A stretch of 64,000 nt of DNA from an uncultured Acidobacteriota bacterium (lineage in GTDB: Bacteria > Acidobacteriota > Vicinamibacteria > Fen-336): the NCBI GenBank assembly GCA_963720545.1, contig OY970399.1:864001-928000 (forward strand), read 5' to 3'. The first letter of the stretch is position 1, and each line of letters starts with the position of its first letter. Positions 51,272 through 60,776 of this stretch are shown here, in pieces. The position numbers and the translations under genes were made by a program. The notes below the pieces were generated by a model that saw nothing but the letters and a program-made list of their open reading frames with translations, ran no database searches and was not told the origin of the DNA.

Positions 51272-52498
51272 ATGGAACGGTTCGTCTCGGTGTTCGGCAT
51301 CCTGCTGGTGCTCGCGATCTGCTACACGTTGTCGACGAACCGCAAGGCGATCCAGGGGCGGACCATCCTCTGGGGCCTCGGCATGCAGTTCGTGCTGGCG
51401 CTCTTCGTCCTCAAGACGCCCTTCGGCCAGGCAGCCTTCGCCTGGGTCGGCCACAAGATTCAGGCGCTGCTCGAACTGTCCTACGTGGGCTCGGCGTTCG
51501 TCTTCGGCAAGATCGGCATGAAGGGCGGCGGTGACACCAACGTCGGCTTCATCTTCGCCACCCAGATCCTGCCGGCGATCCTGTTCGTGGCGGCCCTGTT
51601 TGCGGTGCTCTACCACCTCGGCGTCATGCAGCTCGTGGTGCGCGCGGTCGCGAAGGTGATGACGCGGCTCATGGGTGCGAGCGGCGCCGAGAGCCTCAAC
51701 GTGGCGGCCTCCATTTTCATGGGTCAGACCGAGGCGCCGCTCACCATCCGGCCGTTCCTCAACAAGATGACGCAGTCGGAGCTCATGTGCGTGATGACCT
51801 CCGGCATGGCGCACGTCAGCGGCGGGATCATGGCGGCCTACATCGGCTTCGGCATCGAAGCAAAGCACCTGCTCGCGGCGGTCATCATGACGGCGCCCGG
51901 CACAATCCTGCTGGCGAAGATGCTGGTGCCGGAAACCGGCAAGCCCGAGACCGCCGGCGACGTCAACTTTTCCTCGCCGAAGATCGACACCAACATCATC
52001 GGCGCGGCGGCGCGCGGCACCGGCGAGGGCCTGCACCTGGCGCTGAACGTCGCCGCCATGCTCATCACCTTCCTGGCGCTGGTGGCGCTCGTGAACGTGT
52101 TGCTCGGCGCGCTCGGCGGCGTCGTCGGCATGCCGTGGCTCAGCCTCGAGCGAATCCTCGGCTGGGTGTTCGCGCCGCTGGCGCTCGCCATGGGCATTCC
52201 CTGGGGCGAGGCGCGCGTGGTGGGGAACCTGATGGGCACCCGCCTGGTGCTGAACGAGCTGATCGCCTATTCGCAGCTCGGCCCATTGCGCGAGACGCTG
52301 AGCCCGCGCACCTTCACCATGGCGACCTATGCCCTGTGCGGCTTCGCCAACCTCGGCTCGGTCGGCATCCAGATCGGCGGCATCGGCGCGCTGATCCCGG
52401 AGCGGCGCAACGACCTCGCGGCGCTCGGCCTGCGCGCGCTGCTCGCCGGCACCCTCGCGAACTTCATCACCGCCTGCATCGCGGGGGTGCTGTTGTGA
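51272..52498 (+). CDS. nupC: NupC/CNT family nucleoside transporter
   Basis: Motifs IFMGQTEAPL, NELIAY and ALCGFANLGSVGIQIGG. Confidence 0.94.
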   Translation: MERFVSVFGILLVLAICYTLSTNRKAIQGRTILWGLGMQFVLALFVLKTPFGQAAFAWVGHKIQALLELSYVGSAFVFGKIGMKGGGDTNVGFIFATQILPAILFVAALFAVLYHLGVMQLVVRAVAKVMTRLMGASGAESLNVAASIFMGQTEAPLTIRPFLNKMTQSELMCVMTSGMAHVSGGIMAAYIGFGIEAKHLLAAVIMTAPGTILLAKMLVPETGKPETAGDVNFSSPKIDTNIIGAAARGTGEGLHLALNVAAMLITFLALVALVNVLLGALGGVVGMPWLSLERILGWVFAPLALAMGIPWGEARVVGNLMGTRLVLNELIAYSQLGPLRETLSPRTFTMATYALCGFANLGSVGIQIGGIGALIPERRNDLAALGLRALLAGTLANFITACIAGVLL

Positions 52499-53340
52499 GC
52501 AGCGTCGTCGCAAAGCTAGACGAGGCAGTGCGCTTCATCTCGGGCCGCACCGCGCTGCGCCCGCGCACGGCCCTCGTCCTCGGTTCGGGCCTCGGCGCCT
52601 TCGCCGACACGCTGCAGGATGCGGTGCGCATCCCCTACAGGGACATCCCGCACTTCCCGGTCTCGACCGCCATCGGCCACAGCGGTACGCTCGTCATCGG
52701 CCGTTCGGAAGGCGTGGTGGTTGCGGTGATGGCGGGCCGCGTGCACTTCTACGAGGGCTACACGATGCAGGAGGTCGTGTTCCCGGCGCGCGTGCTCGGC
52801 CGCTTCGGCATCGACGCGCTGGTGCTCACCAACGCCGCCGGCGCCATCAACAAGGCGTGGAAGCCGGGCGACCTGATGATCATCGAAGACCACATCAACC
52901 TGATGGGCACGAACCCGATGATCGGCCCCAACGAAGACGAATTGGGGCTGCGCTTCTTCGACCTCACCGTCGCCTACGACGCTGGCCTGCGCAAGATCGC
53001 GGCCGCGGCGTGCGCGAAGGCAAGGCTGCGGGCGCGGCGCGGCGTCTACGTTGGGCTGACCGGACCTTCGTACGAGACGCCGGCGGAGATCCGCATGCTG
53101 CGCAAGATGGGCGCCGACGCGGTCGGCATGTCCACGGTTCCGGAGGTGATCGCCGCGCGGCAGATGGGCGTGCGCGTGCTCGGCATCTCGTGCATGACCA
53201 ACATGGCGGCCGGCATCCTCAAGAAGCCGCTGCATCACCAGGAGGTGCTGGACGTCGGCGAGAAGATCAAGGACCGGCTGATGAAGGTGCTGCGCGGCGT
53301 GATCGTCAGCGTCGAGAAGAGCCGTTCGAGGGGCAAGTGA
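52495..53340 (+). CDS. punA: Purine-nucleoside phosphorylase (trimeric type)
   Basis: Motifs VLGSGLG, GRVHFYEG, TNAAG, GPSYETPAE and VGMSTVPE. Confidence 0.94.
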   Translation: MSSVVAKLDEAVRFISGRTALRPRTALVLGSGLGAFADTLQDAVRIPYRDIPHFPVSTAIGHSGTLVIGRSEGVVVAVMAGRVHFYEGYTMQEVVFPARVLGRFGIDALVLTNAAGAINKAWKPGDLMIIEDHINLMGTNPMIGPNEDELGLRFFDLTVAYDAGLRKIAAAACAKARLRARRGVYVGLTGPSYETPAEIRMLRKMGADAVGMSTVPEVIAARQMGVRVLGISCMTNMAAGILKKPLHHQEVLDVGEKIKDRLMKVLRGVIVSVEKSRSRGK

Positions 53341-53780
53341 GGAAGAAAGCGAGCAAGCGGGCGGCGCCGGCGCGGCGCGCTTCCGCCACTTCGCTCAAGC
53401 TGCTCGCGGCGTTCGCCCACGACGCCCGCGAGCTGGCGCACGCGCCCTTCTCGAAGTTCAAGGTGGGCGCCGCGCTGCGCACGCCCACCGGCGAGATCGT
53501 CACCGGCTGCAACATCGAGAACGCCTCGTACGGGCTCACCCTGTGCGCCGAGCGCGTGGCCATCTTCAAGGCCGTATCCGAGGGCATCCGCAAGTTCGAG
53601 ACGATCGCGATCGTGGCGGACGCGCGCGGCAGCATCGCGGCGCCGTGCGGCGCCTGCCGCCAGATCATCTGGGAGTTCTGCGGCGACGTCTGGGTGCACA
53701 TGGCCGACCTGCGCGGCCGCTCGCGCACCGTGCGCATGTCCGAGCTTCTGCCGTACCCGTTCGACAGGAGCAACCTCTGA
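53337..53780 (+). CDS. cdd: Cytidine deaminase
   Basis: Motifs GCNIENASYGLTLCAER and PCGACRQ. Confidence 0.95.
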   Translation: MRKKASKRAAPARRASATSLKLLAAFAHDARELAHAPFSKFKVGAALRTPTGEIVTGCNIENASYGLTLCAERVAIFKAVSEGIRKFETIAIVADARGSIAAPCGACRQIIWEFCGDVWVHMADLRGRSRTVRMSELLPYPFDRSNL

Positions 53781-55180
53781 AGCTCGTGCTGCGCTTCACC
53801 TTCTGCCTGCTCGCGGCAGCGGTGACCTCCAGCGCCACGGCCGCACCACGGCCCGTAGACCTCGTCGTCACCCACGGCACGCTCGTCACCATCGATCCGA
53901 AGCGCCGCGTCATCAAGGACGGCGCGCTTGCAATCGACAAGGGCGCGATCGTGGCGGTCGGCACGGCCAGCGAGGTGGCCGCCGCATACAAGGGGCGCGA
54001 CACCATCGCCCTCGCCGGCGACCTCGTCATCCCCGGCCTAGTCAACGCCCACACCCACGCGCCCATGGTCCTGTTCCGCGGCATCGCCGACGACATGGAC
54101 CTCATGGACTGGCTGCGCAACTACATCTTCCCCGCCGAGGCGCGCAACGTGACCCCCGAGTTCGTGCGCGCCGGCATGCGGCTCGCGGCGCTCGAGATGA
54201 TCCGTTCCGGCACCACCACCTTTTTCGACATGTACTACTTCGAGGATGCGGTGGCCGAGGTGGTGAAGCAGGCCGGCATGCGGGCGGTGCTCGCTGCAAC
54301 GCTCATCGAGATCGAGGCGCCGGACGGCAAGACGGTGGCCGACCAGGCGCGCGCGGCCGAGGCGTTCCTCACCCGCTGGCAGGGCGACCCGCTCATCACC
54401 CCCGCGGTCGGGCCGCACTCTCCGTACCTGTGCGGCCCCGATACGCTGCGCATCGCGCGCGAACTGGCCGACCGCCACAAGGCACCGGTACTGATCCACC
54501 TGAGCGAGTCGCCGTTCGAGCAGAAGATCGTCGCCGAGCGCTACCACCAGACCTCGACCGAACTGCTGCGCGATGCCGGGCTGCTGCGCAAGGGCCTGGT
54601 CGGCAACCACGGCGTGTGGTTGTCGCCCGAAGACCGCAAGCTGCTGCTCGATGCCGGCGCCGGCGTCGCCCACTGCCCGCAGAGCAACATGAAGCTCGCT
54701 TCGGGCGCCGCGCCCGTCAACGCCATGATGAACGAGGGAGTGCGCCTCGGGCTCGGCACCGACGGCGCCGCCAGCAACAACGACCTCGACATGTTCGAGG
54801 AGATGGCGACCGCGGCACTCCTCGGCAAGCACTCGACCGGCGACCCGAAGGCGACGCCGGCGGCGAAGGTGCTGGAGATGGCGACCCTCGGCGGCGCGCG
54901 CGCCATCGGCATGGAAGACCGCTTCGGCTCGCTCGAGACCGGCAAGCGCGCCGACGTCACCATCGTCGGCATCGATGCTTTCCGCATGCACCCGCTGTTC
55001 GACCCGGTGTCGCACCTCGTGTACGCCGCCAAGGGCGCCGACGTCCGCCACGTCATCATCGACGGCCGCGTGGTGATGCGCGACCGCAAGGTGCTCACCC
55101 TCGATGCCGACGCGGTGGTCGCGGAAGCCGATCGCATGCGGCAGCAGGTGGTGCGCACGCTCGGCGAACGCAGCCAGTGA
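53777..55180 (+). CDS. Amidohydrolase, MTA/SAH deaminase-like, with signal peptide
   Basis: Motifs PGLVNAHTH, HLSE, HCPQSNMKLASG and GTDGAASNN. Start is CTG 53777 or GTG 53786. Confidence 0.88.
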   Translation: MKLVLRFTFCLLAAAVTSSATAAPRPVDLVVTHGTLVTIDPKRRVIKDGALAIDKGAIVAVGTASEVAAAYKGRDTIALAGDLVIPGLVNAHTHAPMVLFRGIADDMDLMDWLRNYIFPAEARNVTPEFVRAGMRLAALEMIRSGTTTFFDMYYFEDAVAEVVKQAGMRAVLAATLIEIEAPDGKTVADQARAAEAFLTRWQGDPLITPAVGPHSPYLCGPDTLRIARELADRHKAPVLIHLSESPFEQKIVAERYHQTSTELLRDAGLLRKGLVGNHGVWLSPEDRKLLLDAGAGVAHCPQSNMKLASGAAPVNAMMNEGVRLGLGTDGAASNNDLDMFEEMATAALLGKHSTGDPKATPAAKVLEMATLGGARAIGMEDRFGSLETGKRADVTIVGIDAFRMHPLFDPVSHLVYAAKGADVRHVIIDGRVVMRDRKVLTLDADAVVAEADRMRQQVVRTLGERSQ

Positions 55181-56124
55181 AGCGCCGCCCCGCGCCATTG
55201 CCGAAGGCGCCACCCTCAGCCTTCGGCGTGCTCCCGACCGAACAGCGCAACCCGCGCAGCACCGGGCTCGACACGATGAGCGCCCAGGCCATCGTCAAGC
55301 TGCTGCTCGAGGAAGACCGGCGGGCGCTGTCCGCCGCCTTGCGCCAGGTGGCGCCGCTCGCGCGCGCCGCCGATGCGTTCGCGGCGGCATTCGCAGGCGG
55401 CGGCTCGGTGCTGTTTGCCGGCGCCGGCACCAGCGGCCGGCTCGGCGTGCTCGAGGCGGCCGAGTGCCCGCCGACGTTCGGCGTCGACCCCGAGCGCGTG
55501 CGCGCGTCCATGGCGGGCGGCGAGCGCGCGGTGTTCCGCGCCGTGGAAGGCGCCGAAGACGACTTCGAGAGCGGCCAGCGCGAAGGCCGCACCTTACAGC
55601 GTGGCGACCTGCTGATCGCGATCTCCGCGAGTTCGGTGACGCCCTTCGCGCGCGGCACCCTGGCCGGCGCGCGCGGCCGAGGCGCGGCTACGGTGCTCGT
55701 CACCTGCGCGAAGACCCGCGCGCTGGCAACACTCGCCGACATCGTGATCGCGATCGCGACCGGGCCGGAGGCGCTCACCGGCTCGACCCGCCTCAAGGCC
55801 GGCTCCGCCACCAAGGCCGCCCTCAACGCCATCACCACGGCGGCGATGGTCAAGCTCGGCAAGGCCTACCAAAACCTGATGGTGGACCTGCGTCCGGGGT
55901 CGGTGAAACTACGCGACCGCGCGCGCCGCATCATTGCCGCCACCACCGGAGCCGGCCCCGACCACGCGAGCCAGGCGCTCGCCGACTCGCAGGGCGAAGT
56001 GAAGACCGCGATCGTGATGCTGGCGCGCGGCGTGGATGCGGTTGCGGCGCGCACCCTGCTGGAGTCGGCCGGCGGCCACGTCCGCCGTGCGCTGCGACTG
56101 CGCCTTCCGTCAAACGGCAGATAG
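55177..56124 (+). CDS. murQ: N-acetylmuramic acid 6-phosphate etherase
   Basis: Motifs TEQRNP, GAGTSGRLGVLEAAECPPTFG, GPEALTGSTRLKAG and NLMVD. Confidence 0.94.
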   Translation: MKRRPAPLPKAPPSAFGVLPTEQRNPRSTGLDTMSAQAIVKLLLEEDRRALSAALRQVAPLARAADAFAAAFAGGGSVLFAGAGTSGRLGVLEAAECPPTFGVDPERVRASMAGGERAVFRAVEGAEDDFESGQREGRTLQRGDLLIAISASSVTPFARGTLAGARGRGAATVLVTCAKTRALATLADIVIAIATGPEALTGSTRLKAGSATKAALNAITTAAMVKLGKAYQNLMVDLRPGSVKLRDRARRIIAATTGAGPDHASQALADSQGEVKTAIVMLARGVDAVAARTLLESAGGHVRRALRLRLPSNGR

Positions 56125-56130
56125 CAACGC

Positions 56131-56685
56131 TTAGCCGCGGGTCGGCTCCACGGGACGCAGCACCACGCGGCCGCCGTGGCGCAGGTGCGGGCACTCGCGC
56201 GCGATGCGCAGCGCCTCGGCTTCGGTCGCGGCGCGCACCAGGAAGAAGCCGCCCAGGAGGCCACCGGGCGCATTGGCCCGCGCTTCGCGCCGCTCCTCGC
56301 GGTCCCGCACGAACGTCACCTCGGCGCCGCGCAGCTTCTCGGCGCCCACCAGGCTTTGTGATGCGGCAAGGGCGCCGGCCCATGCCGAATACTCGCTGAC
56401 GCGGGCTGCTTCCTCGGCCGGCGGCGTCTCGGAACCGGGATCGTCGTACAGGAGCAGGAGGTACTGCGCGCGAGGATCGCCCGCTTCGACAACGGCGGCC
56501 GGCGCCGCCATGCGACGTCCGGCTGCGGCGCCCGCCACGAGACAGACGATCGCGGCCGCAGCGGCGGCGAGCGCGTTGACGCGGCGCTTCTGTTTGCCCA
56601 GCACCCCCGCGCGGCGCAGCGCTGCCACCGTGCGCTCCTCGGCGTCCGCGGGCGGCTGCAGTTCAGGCGGCAACGATTCCAGCAT
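56131..56685 (-). CDS. Putative membrane-anchored anti-sigma factor with C-terminal YciI domain
   Basis: Short N-domain, TM, then YLLLLY..GGFFLVRA..CPHL..GG.VVLRP; lies directly downstream of the ECF sigma gene. Confidence 0.75.
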   Translation of the reverse strand: MLESLPPELQPPADAEERTVAALRRAGVLGKQKRRVNALAAAAAAIVCLVAGAAAGRRMAAPAAVVEAGDPRAQYLLLLYDDPGSETPPAEEAARVSEYSAWAGALAASQSLVGAEKLRGAEVTFVRDREERREARANAPGGLLGGFFLVRAATEAEALRIARECPHLRHGGRVVLRPVEPTRG

Positions 56686-56701
56686 CGTCTTCCTTCCTCT
56701 C

Positions 56702-57232
56702 TCATCCCCTGGCGGCGGATTCGCCGCCAAGGCGCAGGCGCAGGATGCCGCGCGCCCGGAACAACTGGCTCTTCGACGTGCCCGGCTCGACGCCCAGCAT
56801 CGCGGCGATCTCTTCGTGGGTGAAACCCAGGACATCGTGCAGCAGCAGCACCTCGCGGTGGCCCGGGGCGAGCGACGCCAGCGCCGCATCGAGGTCGAGG
56901 CGCACTCCGGGGTCCTGCGCATCGCCTTCTTCAGACACGTCGCCTTGCGGCGAGCGCCGGCGCAGCGCTTCGCGCGCGCAATTCACGACATAGCCGCACA
57001 GCCACGAGCGCAGCGACGAGCGCCACTCGAACCTGGAGAAGGCACCGGTCGCTCGCAGCCACGCCTCCTGCAGCGCGTCCTCGGCGTCGGCGCGCTCGCG
57101 CGTCAGGCGCACGGCGAGGCCGAACATGGCGGGCGCGTGCCGGCGGTAGAGGACGCGGAACGACTCCTCGTCGCCGGCACGCAGCACGGCCGCCACCAGC
57201 TCGCGGTCGCCGCGCGCGTCGTCCTCCTTCAG
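56702..57232 (-). CDS. ECF RNA polymerase sigma factor
   Basis: Motifs GDEESFRVLY, DAEDALQEAW, FEWRSSLRSWL, HEEIA and GTSKSQLFRAR. Probable CTG start overlapping the upstream TGA. Confidence 0.9.
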   Translation of the reverse strand: MKEDDARGDRELVAAVLRAGDEESFRVLYRRHAPAMFGLAVRLTRERADAEDALQEAWLRATGAFSRFEWRSSLRSWLCGYVVNCAREALRRRSPQGDVSEEGDAQDPGVRLDLDAALASLAPGHREVLLLHDVLGFTHEEIAAMLGVEPGTSKSQLFRARGILRLRLGGESAARG

Positions 57233-57666
57233 GGCAGGTCCTCGATCGGCCGCAGCACGATGGTGCCGCCGTACTTGAGGTGCGGGCAGCTCCTGGCGAT
57301 CGCGAGCGCTTCGCTCGAGTCCTTTGCTGCGATGACGAAGTAGCCCGCGAGGCCGCCCGGCTTGCCTTGCGGCAGTTCCGCCGCCGTCACCGCGCGTGCC
57401 TTCGCGCCGTTCAGCACCGTACCGGCGTCCTGCAGCTTCTCGCCGCCGACCATCTGGCCGCGCTCGCCGAGTTCCTTCGCCCACGCCTGGTACTCGGCGA
57501 CCCGGTCGCTTTGCCCGGGAGCGGCGCTCGCCTGGTAGCTCGCGTCCTCGTGGAGGAGCAGCAGGAAACGCGCTTTGGCTGGTGGCGTCGCGGTTTGGGC
57601 ATGCGCCACGGCCGTGGCGGCCAGTGCCGCGCCGAGGCCGATGAAGACGGCTCTATCGATTCTCAT
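57229..57666 (-). CDS. Secreted YciI (YCII/DGPF-like) family protein
   Basis: Signal peptide AHA; FLLLLH..GYFVIAA..CPHL.YGG.IVLRP. Confidence 0.85.
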   Translation of the reverse strand: MRIDRAVFIGLGAALAATAVAHAQTATPPAKARFLLLLHEDASYQASAAPGQSDRVAEYQAWAKELGERGQMVGGEKLQDAGTVLNGAKARAVTAAELPQGKPGGLAGYFVIAAKDSSEALAIARSCPHLKYGGTIVLRPIEDLP

Positions 57667-57754
57667 GATGGTCCTCGCCTTTCAAGGCTTGCGAGCCGGC
57701 GGGGCCGGACGCAAGGGTTCGCTGCTTGGTGAGGCAGTGCCCCCGAAAGGTTGC

Positions 57755-58459
57755 TTACAGGCGGCTCGCGGCTTCCCGGTCGACGAGCAGCGTCAGGTCG
57801 GCGTGCGCCGCGAGGAACGAGCAGGGCCAGCGCGGATCCTCCGGTCCGTTCGCGAGCGCCCGCACCGCTTCCGCCTTGGCGGCACCGGTCGCCATCACCA
57901 GGATCCGGCGCGCGCTCCTGATGGTGCCGATGCCCATGGTGATGGCGCGCAGCGGCCATTCGGCGTGCGGGATGTCGAGGGCGGTCGCGAGGCCGTCGGG
58001 CAGCCGTGTGACATGGGTCGCGAGCGCCAGCGGTCCCGGCATGTTGTAGGCGATGTGGCCGTCGGCGCCGAGGCCGAGGATCGCGAGGTCGAGGCCTCCG
58101 GCCGCGGCCAGCGCGGCCTCGTAGCGGCTGCATTCGCCTTCGGGGTCGGAAGCCTCGCCGTCGGGGATGTCGCAGCGCGCGCGCAGCAGCAGCCCGGGGC
58201 CGTAAACGTGCTGCTGCATGTACGAATGGAACGAGCGCGGGTCGTGGCGCGGCAGCAGCAGCTCGTCGAGGTTGAAGCCGCGCGCGCCGGTGAGGTCGAT
58301 CGCGCGCAGGAGCAGGCGGCGGTGCAGCTCCGCGTACATCGCAATGGGCGTGCGGCCGGTGGGCAGCGCCAGCACGATGTCCGGCCGGTAGGCCGCGACC
58401 ACGAAATCGGCGGCGGCGCGCGCCACGTCCGCGGCCCGCTCCAGTGTCTCGATCTTCAT
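57755..58459 (-). CDS. nagB: Glucosamine-6-phosphate deaminase
   Basis: Motifs LALPTGRTP, FNLDE, LGLGADGHIAYN and AITMGIGTI. Confidence 0.88.
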   Translation of the reverse strand: MKIETLERAADVARAAADFVVAAYRPDIVLALPTGRTPIAMYAELHRRLLLRAIDLTGARGFNLDELLLPRHDPRSFHSYMQQHVYGPGLLLRARCDIPDGEASDPEGECSRYEAALAAAGGLDLAILGLGADGHIAYNMPGPLALATHVTRLPDGLATALDIPHAEWPLRAITMGIGTIRSARRILVMATGAAKAEAVRALANGPEDPRWPCSFLAAHADLTLLVDREAASRL

Positions 58460-59220
58460 AGGGCCTCGAAGTTGATGCGCTCGACGCCGAGGGCGCGCAT
58501 CATCGAGCGCACCCGGATATCCTGCAGCGCCTTGCGCTCGGCCTCGCGCGGTTCGGCATAGCCGCTGCTGCTGCGCAGTTCCTCGTCCACGTGGGCCGGA
58601 TGGCACATGAGCTCGGTGGTGCCCGCCTCGAGGCTGTACAGCACCTCCTCGAGGGTGTCGACGTTGGCCGTGCCACCGAAGAACGATGCGACGAAGCGGT
58701 CGGTCGTGCGTACGCCGCTGGCGCGCAGGCGCTCGGCCATCTCCGGGCCGGTGTTGCGCACCGGCCGTTCACATTCGCGCGCCAGCGTCACCACCGCCTC
58801 GAACACCACGGGCAGCTCGTGGCTGTGATGGTGGGAATCGAAGTGGGTTGGCTGGCGGCCCATGATCGTCTGAAAGAGCTGCAGTTGCGCGCGCGCCTCG
58901 GCCAGAACCTCGCTCGGGTCGGGGCCGAGCGCCGCCAGGCCTTCGGGCTTGGCGGCGAGCCGGCCGCTGGCATCACAGAGGCTCGGGATCTGCGCGGCGG
59001 GCAGTGCGGAAGCGCCACCCGTCAGCGCCACGTGCAGGCCGATGCCAAGGCCCGGATGCGCGCGCGAGAGTTCGGGCACGTTGCGGGCCGCCTCGTAATT
59101 CACCATCATCGTGGCGCTGGTGACGACGCCCGCCGCGTGCGCCTCGAAGACGCCGCGGTTGATGCCGCGGGTGCGGCCGAGGTCATCGGCGTTCACGATC
59201 AGGCGCTTCTTCATCGTCAT
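58456..59220 (-). CDS. chbG: ChbG/YdjC family carbohydrate deacetylase
   Basis: Motifs LIVNADDLG, IGLH, THFDSHHH and ELMCHP. Confidence 0.9.
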   Translation of the reverse strand: MTMKKRLIVNADDLGRTRGINRGVFEAHAAGVVTSATMMVNYEAARNVPELSRAHPGLGIGLHVALTGGASALPAAQIPSLCDASGRLAAKPEGLAALGPDPSEVLAEARAQLQLFQTIMGRQPTHFDSHHHSHELPVVFEAVVTLARECERPVRNTGPEMAERLRASGVRTTDRFVASFFGGTANVDTLEEVLYSLEAGTTELMCHPAHVDEELRSSSGYAEPREAERKALQDIRVRSMMRALGVERINFEAL

Positions 59221-60140
59221 TGGGGGCGCGCTCGCAAGACCAGCTCCAGCGCCAGCCGCACCGCGCCGTGCGCGGGACTGCGATCGAGCAGGTGCGGATC
59301 GGCGTGCGCGAAGCCGGGATCGGCGGTCAGCGCAAAGGCAACACTGGGGCACGCCTTGAAGGCGCCACCCGCCATCACGAAGCGCACCGCGCCGTCCTGG
59401 AAGTCGAGCTGGCGGTGCACCGCCGCGGCCGACGCGCGCAGCTCGAGAATGCCCTGGTCGCGGATCAGGGTCGCGGCCTCATCGCCTTCGTTCGCGGCCA
59501 TCTCCACCAGCGGCGCGAGGTCGGCGATCTCCGCGGTGCCGAGACGCTGCTCGTAGACGACCGGCACCAGGTCGGAGACGACCGTCGCGCCGAGCGCCGC
59601 GAGCACGCCTTCTTCCAGCAGGCTCTTCTGCCCACGCCCGTCCGACGACTTGATGGCGGCGCGCAACGCCTGCTCGCCGAACCAGTAGCTCGAGCCCTGG
59701 TCGGCCATGACGTGGCCGAGGCCGCTGGCGCGCGCGGTGGTGCCCGCCGGGTCGATGCCGTAAGCCATGGAGCCGGTGCCGGCGATGACCACGATGCCGC
59801 GGCAGGTCGGCGACCCGGCCGCGAGCGCGATGGCGGCGTCGTTCACCACCCGCGAATTGTCGCGGAAGCCGAGGCGGCGCAGGATGCCGTTCATGAGTTC
59901 GGCGTCCTTCGGCCGGTCCACGCCGGCCATGCCGATACAAAAGGCCGCCGGCCGGCCGGGCGGGCCGAGCTGTTCGATCAGGTCGTCGAGCGTCTTCTCG
60001 ACGCCCAGCTCGCCGTGCGTCTGCAGGTTGGCGCCCGGCCCCTTCACCTGGGCCAGCACCTCGCCTTCGCCGTTCGCAAGCAGCGCCGTCGTCTGGGTGC
60101 CGCCGGCGTCGATGCCGACAACGAACAGGGCCGGGTCCAC
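59217..60140 (-). CDS. BadF/BadG/BcrA/BcrD family ATPase (GlcNAc/MurNAc kinase-like)
   Basis: Motifs GIDAGGT, VVNDA, IAGTGS and DQGSSYW. Confidence 0.88.
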   Translation of the reverse strand: MDPALFVVGIDAGGTQTTALLANGEGEVLAQVKGPGANLQTHGELGVEKTLDDLIEQLGPPGRPAAFCIGMAGVDRPKDAELMNGILRRLGFRDNSRVVNDAAIALAAGSPTCRGIVVIAGTGSMAYGIDPAGTTARASGLGHVMADQGSSYWFGEQALRAAIKSSDGRGQKSLLEEGVLAALGATVVSDLVPVVYEQRLGTAEIADLAPLVEMAANEGDEAATLIRDQGILELRASAAAVHRQLDFQDGAVRFVMAGGAFKACPSVAFALTADPGFAHADPHLLDRSPAHGAVRLALELVLRARPQ

Positions 60141-60154
60141 GCGCAACCGGCCCG

Positions 60155-60664
60155 CTACTGGCCGTACACGACGATGTCGGAGAGGTTGCGGTACTTCTCG
60201 TTGTAGTCGAGACCGTAGCCGACCACGAAGCGGTCCTCGATCTCGAAGCCGACGTAGTCCGCCTGCACCTGCACCAGCCGGCGCGACGGCTTCGACAGCA
60301 GCGAGGCGACCTTCACCGAGCGCGGCCCGCGGTTGCGCAGCAGGTTGATGAGGTAATTGAGCGTGAGGCCGGTGTCGACGATGTCCTCCACCACGATCAG
60401 GTCCTTGCCCTCGAGACCCTGGTCGAGGTCCTTGATGAGGCGCACCTCGCCGGAGGTCTTGGTGGCTGCGCCGTAGGAGGAGACCGCGATGTAGTCGAGG
60501 GTGAGCGGCAGGTCGATCTGGCGGCACAGGTCGGTCATGAACGAGCACGCGCCTTTCAGCACGCACACCATGTGCGGCTCCCTGCCCGCGTAGTCCCTGG
60601 TGATCGCGGCGCCCAACTCCTGGATGCGGTCCTGGATCTGGGCGCGCGAGAGAAGAACCTTCAT
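60155..60664 (-). CDS. hpt: Hypoxanthine phosphoribosyltransferase
   Basis: Motifs VLKGA, VSSYG, VVEDIVDTGLTL and FVVGYGLDY. Confidence 0.96.
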   Translation of the reverse strand: MKVLLSRAQIQDRIQELGAAITRDYAGREPHMVCVLKGACSFMTDLCRQIDLPLTLDYIAVSSYGAATKTSGEVRLIKDLDQGLEGKDLIVVEDIVDTGLTLNYLINLLRNRGPRSVKVASLLSKPSRRLVQVQADYVGFEIEDRFVVGYGLDYNEKYRNLSDIVVYGQ

Positions 60665-60776
60665 TTCGGTCAGGGCTCACTCCTTGAATGAAGACGGTGC
60701 CGGATGGCAAATTATAAGTGCTATATTCAGCCACCTTCCCAAAGACGCGGCCTTTTTGGCATTCCCTCGGAGATTC

